Below are positions 54,241 to 60,218 of a DNA stretch of 60,218 bases, piece by piece (within the stretch, counting starts at the first letter, position 1; each line of letters starts with the position of its first letter). This DNA comes from Deltaproteobacteria bacterium (lineage in GTDB: Bacteria; Desulfobacterota; GWC2-55-46). The position numbers and the translations under genes were made by a program. Location: NCBI GenBank assembly GCA_016219115.1, contig JACRCH010000139.1, forward strand, positions 1 to 60,218, written 5' to 3'. The notes beneath the pieces are model-generated. The model saw only the letters and a program-made list of their open reading frames with translations, was not told the DNA's origin and ran no database searches.

Positions 54241-54975
54241 TTATGCCTTCCTTTTTCTCCGTATGAACCCCAATGCGCCGCAACCGACCAAACCGGAACC
54301 GAGCAGGAAGATGGTGCCTGGTTCGGGGATTGTCTTATTTATGTAGTCGTTCCCGCACTCCATCGTCCAGTGGAGCGTCAGATTACCCCCGTTATACAGG
54401 GACAGGCTACTCAAATCCAAGCTCCCCTCGAGGACGTATGAGGTCCCCCCGTCGGAGTTATTTGCGAATACCCCGGTGCCATAAGCGCCTGTAAAGGTAG
54501 TCGGCACTGAAGACCCTGTGGCATACTTGAACGGGTCTGATATGCCGAACTGGGAATACATCACATTCTGCCATGTGGATACCTGATAGAGCGTGTAGGT
54601 AGGCACCCCCCCGGATATCGAGAACCTTATAGCGTAATCATAGACACCGTCGCCGTTTACCTCCAGGGCCAAGTCGCCGGGATTGTAGTGATACCCGCCG
54701 GTTGTTACCCCGCTTGCGAGGTTGAAGCCGGTCTGCAGGCCGAAGTAGAGCTTGCCGGAATTGTCGAGATACAAGCCGAGGTACTCCGCGTCGAAACTCT
54801 GGCCTCCGTAGGCTGGGCCAACATAGCCGCCTGGGCCGACGCCGTCGTCGTTTGCATAATACCCGTTCCATTCGGCGAGACTAAAATTACCATCTACTGT
54901 TATAGCGGAGGCTGTGGTACTGATCAACATAACTGCGGCAACCGTTAGTCCCAATATGAGTTTTTTCATTGTCAT
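54241..54975 (-). CDS. PEP-CTERM sorting-domain protein (exosortase substrate)
   Basis: ATG 54975 with AAGGAG 7 nt upstream, and signal peptide MTMKKLILGLTVAAVMLISTTASA. The C-terminus IPEPGTIFLLGSGLVGCGALGFIRRKRKA gives PEP + TM + basic tail. The ORF extension to 55068 is rejected because it would contain the promoter. Confidence 0.85.
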   Translation of the reverse strand: MTMKKLILGLTVAAVMLISTTASAITVDGNFSLAEWNGYYANDDGVGPGGYVGPAYGGQSFDAEYLGLYLDNSGKLYFGLQTGFNLASGVTTGGYHYNPGDLALEVNGDGVYDYAIRFSISGGVPTYTLYQVSTWQNVMYSQFGISDPFKYATGSSVPTTFTGAYGTGVFANNSDGGTSYVLEGSLDLSSLSLYNGGNLTLHWTMECGNDYINKTIPEPGTIFLLGSGLVGCGALGFIRRKRKA

Positions 54976-55015
54976 TGTACGTCTCCTTACATTCAGCGTT
55001 ATGGTTATGTAGTTC

Positions 55016-55031
55016 TGCAACAGTCGTGCCA
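55016..55031 (-). promoter_or_regulatory. sigma-54 (-24/-12) promoter of the PEP-CTERM gene
   Basis: The reverse complement reads TGGCACGACTGTTGCA (TGGCAC-N5-TTGCA, with GG and GC 12 nt apart). It ends ~40 nt upstream of ATG 54975. Confidence 0.65.
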
Positions 55032-55363
55032 TTTCAATCCGGCCCTCTCCCTTGACATGATAACTCATTGATTATTAAGCCTTTTTATTTAATTAATGTC
55101 ACTGCCGGCTAAATTAATAAGACAATTGGAACTATTGAATATGGTAAAACTGTAAAAAAAGCTGACATATACATCACCTAAAAATTCAAACTTATCAAGC
55201 CATATTCCTTTTTTTGCTGAAAAATCAAATAATTACGAAACAAATCCTTTTGTAAAAAAAATTATTATTTGATTTTTAAAAGTTTACAGGGTGCATTGCG
55301 GAGAATTGCACGGATAGCGGTTGGATACACGGTTTTACGGATGGAGCGATAGGCTGGAGGAAT

Positions 55364-55789
55364 TTACAGGGGCTGGTTTAAGAACCTTAAGCCGGCTTTA
55401 CATATAAAGGAGTCGAACTTTTTGATCCAGACCACCTTCGCCTCCGTATCTATCTCGAAGTCCTTTATAACAACCCTGATCGTATCTCCCTTATCGTACC
55501 GGAAGTCAACGCCCAGCTTTACACAGATTCCGCCTTTTGAGATATCCACAGTCTGTCCGCTGAGCGAATAACCGCCTCTGTGGAGGTCGCACGGCCTCTG
55601 GATCAATGCCCTCGATTCGGCTCTCTTCTCGATGTCGGATAACCTCAGTGAAAAGCCGCAGAAAGGACAGTTTATCTCCCTCCCAGCAGAGATGGTGTAG
55701 AATTTACAGAGGCATCTCGGACATGTATTTTCTGTTACCCTTGGACGCATATTACTCAAGACCCCTATACCCTCCGGCATAATGAACAA
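55364..55789 (-). CDS. zinc-ribbon + PilZ domain protein (second copy)
   Basis: TTG 55789 with GAGGA 6 nt upstream. CPRC...CPFC ribbon, RAESR (RxxxR) and DISKGG (DxSxxG). Same architecture as 7781-8164. Confidence 0.7.
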   Translation of the reverse strand: MFIMPEGIGVLSNMRPRVTENTCPRCLCKFYTISAGREINCPFCGFSLRLSDIEKRAESRALIQRPCDLHRGGYSLSGQTVDISKGGICVKLGVDFRYDKGDTIRVVIKDFEIDTEAKVVWIKKFDSFICKAGLRFLNQPL

Positions 55790-56510
55790 CCCAGGTCCTC
55801 TTTATTTAACGACCGGCCGTTGCCATGAACCTTCCTGCGTTCCCGGGCTTTTTTGCGCCTGGAACTGTAAAATATCGATTAAATCTGTTGCGGCTGGCTT
55901 TGGATCAGGAGAGTTACTGAAAATCCGCCATCACCTAAGCCCTGGGAGGGTTCATTTTTTAACAGGCTAAATAGACACGACCGCGTTGCAATGGATACCG
56001 TAACAATCGGCTCCTACTCAAATATACAAGCAAAACCTGTACCATTAGCCTCAATAAACAGATGCGTCATAAATCCTTGTTTTTTCAAATAGTTAGAATT
56101 TACATATCCCGATTGTCCGCCTGGTAAAAAAATGAGTGTTAAAAGAATTGACATCCGCAATGCGCCTTATTCAGAGCCATTAATCTATTTTAGCTTTATA
56201 ATTCAATATATTAGAATATAACTTGCTGTAAGATATTTAAATGTAAAAAAAGTTATATTATTTACGAATTATATATACCTTCCACTTATTGAGAGATGAA
56301 CAATATTTATTGTAAAACTTGTTGACTACCGAAATTCAGCCCCTTGACCTTCTAAATATTGATATCTTATCTTTTTTTTGGATTTTTTCTAAAATGCCAC
56401 CCCCACGCCTAAAAGCTTATCGTTCAACTTCTTTACATTCTTGACATAGAATATGCATCAAGGGACGCACAAATGCTAATTTTATCAAATAATTCAAGTT
56501 ATTACGAAAA

Positions 56511-56526
56511 TGGCGCTCTTTTTGCT
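56511..56526 (+). promoter_or_regulatory. sigma-54 (-24/-12) promoter of the small PEP-CTERM gene
   Basis: TGGCGCTCTTTTTGCT = TGGCGC-N5-TTGCT with canonical GG/GC spacing. It ends 46 nt upstream of ATG 56573. Confidence 0.6.
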
Positions 56527-56572
56527 TTTTAATTACGGCAGGTATTTATCTCATCGAGAGTAAGGATGGCAT

Positions 56573-56903
56573 ATGAAAAGAAAAATGTCCTTTATGGGTA
56601 TTATCCATTTGTTTGGCGTCTACCTTAGGTATGATAGACAGCCGGACGGCCAATGCTAATGGTATGAGCAATTTTGGGGGACATTCTGGCAGTTACGGCG
56701 ATACAGGCGGCGGAAGCTACGGCGGCACTGGTTATGGGGATACTGGCGGTATGGATAATGGCGGCACAGGTTACGGCAACACAGGATATCAAGGCGATTG
56801 CAACCATGCCTCAGTCCCGGAACCTTCCACCCTTCTACTCCTCGTTAGCGGCCTGACAGGGCTTGCGGCTATAAGGAGATTAAAAACAGGGTCGAAACCC
56901 TGA
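56573..56903 (+). pseudogene. Gly/Tyr-rich mini PEP-CTERM protein with an apparent frameshift in the signal peptide
   Basis: ATG 56573 with an AAGGA RBS opens MKRKMSFMGIIHLF..., which stops after 28 codons. The body (frame of 56613-56903) continues ...CPLWVLSICLASTLGMIDSRTANA NGMSNFGG...VPEPSTLLLLVSGLTGLAAIRRLKTGSKP. The two frames differ by 1 nt. Confidence 0.6.
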
Positions 56904-56923
56904 TCCAGGCAAGAACGCGAAAA

Positions 56924-56975
56924 AACGTTGAAGCTCCCCGCTGGCCAAGCCGCAGGGAATCTTCAACGTTTTTTA
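56924..56975 (+). terminator. intrinsic terminator built around a dispersed hairpin element
   Basis: Stem AACGTTGAAG (56924-56933) / CTTCAACGTT (56961-56970), then a T-run to 56974. The 27-nt loop is the reverse-complement copy of the 6357-6390 element. Confidence 0.6.
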
Positions 56976-57105
56976 TTGCCCGTCTCGTGGATGGGAGGAT
57001 GGGTGCAGACTCTACCCGGGGAGGGCAAACCTAACCGTCAGCCGTCTTGAGGACGGCTAAAGACTGCGGGAAGACTCATTTTTTCAGCCGCCTCTCAAAT
57101 GGCCT

Positions 57106-58308
57106 CTATCTTATGACCTGATTAAGCTCGAATATCGGCAGAAGTATGGCGAGCACTATGAAGCCGACCACCACGCCCATGACGAGCACTATAGCCGGTT
57201 CGAGCAGTGAGAGCGACCTCTCGACCGACACCTCGAACTCCCTTTCATAGTTGTCCGCGGACTTGAGAAGGAGCTTGTCGAGCTCGCCGCTCCTCTCCCC
57301 TGTGGCCACCATGTGCGTGAGTATGCCGGGGAAGGCCCCGGTCTTCCTCATGCTCGCCGAGAGCGTGGCCCCCTCCGTAACCTCCATGACGGTCCGGGCC
57401 AGCGCCTCATCGAACACGGAGTGGTGCAGTACCCGCCTCGTCATCTCAAGGGCGTTTATTATTGGCACCCCGCTACTCAATAGGCTCCCGAGCGTCCTCG
57501 CGAAATTCGCCATATAGAACCTCGTGAAGAGCTTGCCCAGGAATGGCGCCCCGAGCAGAAACCTCTGCGCCGCCCCCATGCCACCGGGCGTCTTTATAGC
57601 CCTCCATCCGGCGAACGACAGGCCCGCGCCGGCAAGGACGAGCAACGGCCAGTAGCCGGTCACCACGTGCACCATCGCCACGAGCACCCTTGTCACAAGC
57701 GGCAGTGCGCTTTTTGTGTCCTCGAAAATAGACGTTATCTTCGGCACGACGAAGAGGAAGAGGAAAAAGAGGACCCCGGCCCCGACTACCAGCATGAGCG
57801 CCGGGTAGATGAGGGCGGTCCTTACCCTGGCGTAGACCCGCGCCCTGGCATCGAGGTACTCGGAGAGCCGTATGAGCGCGCCATCAAGGGCGCCGCCGGC
57901 CTCGCCGGCCTCTACCGCCCTTACGTAGATCTCCGGGAATATGCCGGGGTGCGCCTCAAGCGCGCTGGAAAGGGAACTGCCCGCGGTCACGCCGTCCTTG
58001 ACCGCGATGAGCGCGCCCTTCAGGGAGACGTTCTCCTCCTCGTTCACAAGGAGCGTCAGCGCGTCGAAAAGGGTGGTGCCGGAACTGAGAAGGGAGGAGA
58101 GCTGGCGGGTCGCGGCGGCGAGGTCGTTGAGCGAAACCGGCCTGCGGCGCGTCAAGGCCCCGCCCTGGCCCCCCTGGACGCGCAGGTCTCTCGGGAACAG
58201 GCCGTCTTTCCTGACCCTTTCAGCCGCCTCCCTGACGCTGACGGCCTCAATGGAGCCGAGGACCTCTTTGCCAAGCGAGTCATAAGCCCTGTATTGGAAT
58301 ATCGGCAT
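57106..58308 (-). CDS. gspF: type II secretion / type IV pilus platform protein
   Basis: 400 aa with a duplicated T2SSF architecture and 3 TM helices. Starts MPIFQYRAYDSLGKEV, typical of GspF/PilC. Confidence 0.85.
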   Translation of the reverse strand: MPIFQYRAYDSLGKEVLGSIEAVSVREAAERVRKDGLFPRDLRVQGGQGGALTRRRPVSLNDLAAATRQLSSLLSSGTTLFDALTLLVNEEENVSLKGALIAVKDGVTAGSSLSSALEAHPGIFPEIYVRAVEAGEAGGALDGALIRLSEYLDARARVYARVRTALIYPALMLVVGAGVLFFLFLFVVPKITSIFEDTKSALPLVTRVLVAMVHVVTGYWPLLVLAGAGLSFAGWRAIKTPGGMGAAQRFLLGAPFLGKLFTRFYMANFARTLGSLLSSGVPIINALEMTRRVLHHSVFDEALARTVMEVTEGATLSASMRKTGAFPGILTHMVATGERSGELDKLLLKSADNYEREFEVSVERSLSLLEPAIVLVMGVVVGFIVLAILLPIFELNQVIR

Positions 58309-58344
58309 ATCGGTAAATTCGGTTATCGGTTATCGGTTATCGGT
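58308..58344. repeat. heptamer tract TATCGGT (1 + 3 tandem copies)
   Basis: TATCGGT at 58308-58314, then GGTTATC x3 (58321-58341) plus GGT. It fills most of the gspE-gspF gap and abuts the gspF start codon. Confidence 0.8.
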
Positions 58345-58396
58345 GAAGGATAAAGACGTATTTTTGCCGGTAACAGACAACCTATCACCGAGACTG

Positions 58397-59956
58397 TTAA
58401 TCGTTTTCGGCTACCCTCACGACCTCCTCAAGGGTGGTTATCCCGGAGGCGGCCTTATCGAGGCCGTCCTCCCTCAGCGTCCTCATGCCGCGCGACGCGG
58501 CGTACTTCCTGATCGTGGCGGAGTCCGGGTTCTTGAGTATTACCGGCCTCATCTCGTTATCCACGTGCATGAACTCGAATATCCCGGTCTGCCCGCTGTA
58601 TCCGGTCTTCATGCACTTGTCGCACCCCCTGCCCCTGAACAGCCTCTTCGGCGCCCTGCCGCCGAATACAGTCAGCTCGGCCTCGGTCGGCGAGTACTCC
58701 TCCCTGCAGTTGTTGCAAACGACCCTTACAAGCCTCTGGGCGAGCACGGCCGTAAGAGATGATGACAGGAGGAAGGGCATGACGCCCATATCCACGAGCC
58801 GGGTAACGGCTGAAGGCGCGTCGTTCGTGTGGAGGGTGGAGAGCACCAGGTGGCCGGTGAGGGATGCCTGTATCGCCATCTCGGCGGTCTCGATGTCCCT
58901 TATCTCGCCGACCATTATGACGTCGGGGTCCTGCCTCAGTATGGAGCGTAGCCCCCTGGCGAAGGTGAGCCCTATCTTCGTGTTGACCTGTATCTGCCCG
59001 ACCCCCCGCAACTGGTACTCCACCGGGTCCTCCACGGTGATGATGTTCCTCTCATGGAAGTTTATCCTGTTCATCGCCGCGTAGAGCGTCGTCGTTTTCC
59101 CTGAACCGGTCGGCCCGGTCGCCAGGATTATGCCGTTGTTCCTCCTCAAGAGTCCGTCCATGGCCTCGGTCTGCGCCGCGCTCAGGCCGATCTCCTGGAG
59201 GCTTACCCCCGCCCCCTTCCTGTCGAGGAGCCTCAAGACCACCCTCTCACCGAAGGTGGTCGGCACCACCGAGACCCTCACGTCTATGTCCCTGCCCGCC
59301 ACAAGGAGCCTTATCCTGCCGTCCTGCGGGAGCCTCTTTTCAGCTATGTCGAGCCCGGACATTATCTTCACCCTCGATATGAGGGCCTCCTGTACTACCT
59401 TGGGCGGGGACAGGACCGAGGAGAGCGCCCCGTCCCTCCTGAAACGCACGTCCACCTCGCGCTCGAAAGGCTCTATGTGTATGTCGCTCGCCCTCTCCTT
59501 GACGGCCTGAAACAGGAGCGAATTGAGGAGCCTTATTATCGGGGCCTCGTTCGTAAGCTCAAGGAGGTCCTTCGGCTCCTCGAACTGGTGGGCTATCACG
59601 TCGAGGCTCTCGCCGTGGAGCTCGTTGACCACCTCCTGCGCGGAGCCGGAGAGCCTCTCGTAATGCCTGTTTATGGCCTCCAGTATCTTATCCTGAGGCG
59701 CAAGGACGGCGCTCACGGGCGCGCCTATCGACCTGCCCATGTCCTCGACGGCGTAGAGGGACTTGGGGCTCGCCACGGCCACGATGAGCCTGCCGTCCTC
59801 GACCTTGAGCGGGAATACGAGGTTTTTCTTTACGAACGAGAGCGGGAACCTGTCCAGGAAAGAGGGGTCGATGTCCGAGTCGTCTATCCTCTCCCTGAAG
59901 GGCAGGCATATCGCGTAAGGTATGGAGTCGTCGTTGTCCGCTGTCTTAATGCCCAT
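58397..59956 (-). CDS. gspE: type II secretion / type IV pilus assembly ATPase
   Basis: T2SSE_N-like N-terminus, Walker A GPTGSGKTTT, and the tetracysteine motif CNNC...CDKC. Confidence 0.9.
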   Translation of the reverse strand: MGIKTADNDDSIPYAICLPFRERIDDSDIDPSFLDRFPLSFVKKNLVFPLKVEDGRLIVAVASPKSLYAVEDMGRSIGAPVSAVLAPQDKILEAINRHYERLSGSAQEVVNELHGESLDVIAHQFEEPKDLLELTNEAPIIRLLNSLLFQAVKERASDIHIEPFEREVDVRFRRDGALSSVLSPPKVVQEALISRVKIMSGLDIAEKRLPQDGRIRLLVAGRDIDVRVSVVPTTFGERVVLRLLDRKGAGVSLQEIGLSAAQTEAMDGLLRRNNGIILATGPTGSGKTTTLYAAMNRINFHERNIITVEDPVEYQLRGVGQIQVNTKIGLTFARGLRSILRQDPDVIMVGEIRDIETAEMAIQASLTGHLVLSTLHTNDAPSAVTRLVDMGVMPFLLSSSLTAVLAQRLVRVVCNNCREEYSPTEAELTVFGGRAPKRLFRGRGCDKCMKTGYSGQTGIFEFMHVDNEMRPVILKNPDSATIRKYAASRGMRTLREDGLDKAASGITTLEEVVRVAEND

Positions 59957-59993
59957 TACCGGCTCTCTATCGGGATATTGAAAAAGCCCTGGG

Positions 59994-60007
59994 GAAGCTC
60001 TGATTAG
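59994..60007 (+). repeat. 14-nt copy of the left-end terminal repeat
   Basis: GGAAGCTCTGATTA is identical to 1-14, in direct orientation. Similarity ends after 14 nt. Confidence 0.6.
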
Positions 60008-60014
60008 TCATGTA

Positions 60015-60191
60015 CCCCCGGCAGAGCCGGGGGCTTGAAAAGACGCCCCTCAAAGGGGCTATATGCAAAAAAAAATAACAACCAAAACCGCCCCTCCCTC
60101 GATGGGAGGGGCGGGGCGCCCATCCGAAGGATGGGTCGGGGAGGGTGACCTTTTCACCCCCACCCAAACCCTCCCCCGTCAAGGTGGAGGG
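60015..60191. repeat. array of five GC-rich stem-loops (REP-like)
   Basis: The stems are 60015-60021/60027-60033, 60045-60049/60055-60059, 60088-60098/60104-60114 (11 bp, perfect), 60119-60125/60129-60135, and 60169-60177/60183-60191 (1 mismatch). The units have different sequences. Confidence 0.7.
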
Positions 60192-60218
60192 CTTATGAGG
60201 ACAGACTGCACAAAATTA

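Noticed and set aside
55782-55970. 62-aa ORF divergent from the second PilZ gene
   Set aside because: It has no RBS, a Cys/Gly-rich random-looking sequence, and overlaps the PilZ start region.
56148-56446. TTGACA hexamers at 56148-56153 and 56441-56446 as sigma-70 promoters
   Set aside because: No acceptable -10 hexamer lies 16-18 nt downstream of either. The sigma-54 element at 56511-56526 explains the region better.
56613-56903. Treating TTG 56613 as the genuine start of an intact small PEP-CTERM gene
   Set aside because: That product would lack a signal-peptide n-region and RBS. ATG 56573 with an AAGGA RBS sits 40 nt upstream in another frame, so a frameshift is the better reading.
60015-60191. 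Possible CRISPR array
   Set aside because: The hairpins all differ in sequence and spacing, so there is no constant repeat unit and no regular spacers. There are also no cas genes.
1-60218. Mobile-element genes, tRNA/rRNA genes, toxin-antitoxin or defence cassettes
   Set aside because: I found no transposase, integrase or recombinase motifs, no tRNA-like cloverleaf ends, and no recognisable defence-gene signatures. Absence is judged by eye only.

Overview
The window is dominated by a roughly 50-kb XrtA-type exosortase / PEP-CTERM exopolysaccharide (EPS) locus from a moderately GC-rich diderm bacterium. All calls come from reading motifs by eye; no searches were run and no GC values were computed.

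Left flank: a REP-like palindrome, an outer-membrane barrel gene, a small Zn-ribbon/HTH gene and a SorAB-like sulfite dehydrogenase pair.

Core locus: prsT (TPR lipoprotein) and a LuxR-type regulator are followed by about 45 co-directional genes on the + strand (7781-49497). In order these include:
- a Zn-ribbon-PilZ protein, a Wza-like exporter, an OM barrel and a Wzz-like co-polymerase;
- a MinD-like ATPase, a J-like/BY-kinase fusion and the priming sugar transferase;
- an RfaH/NusG paralog flanked by ops-type GGCGGTAG elements;
- an AsnB-type amidotransferase, an ACP, two AMP-ligases and a PP-loop sugar amidotransferase;
- three deacetylases, an exosortase-EpsI fusion, five FemAB/GNAT-type transferases and a DegT aminotransferase;
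- many glycosyltransferases, Wzx, a Wzy-like polymerase, a B12-radical SAM enzyme and methyltransferases.

Right side: a minus-strand operon (49544-53594) encodes secreted beta-helix, lyase-like and Fn3/PKD proteins. Two PEP-CTERM substrate genes each carry a sigma-54-type promoter, and one of them is frameshifted. A second Zn-ribbon-PilZ gene and a gspE-gspF pair close the window.

About 41.65-42.45 kb and 43.9-50.9 kb look clearly AT-richer, and a duplicated flippase 5' end marks one junction. I recognised no rRNA, tRNA, CRISPR, transposase or integrase.
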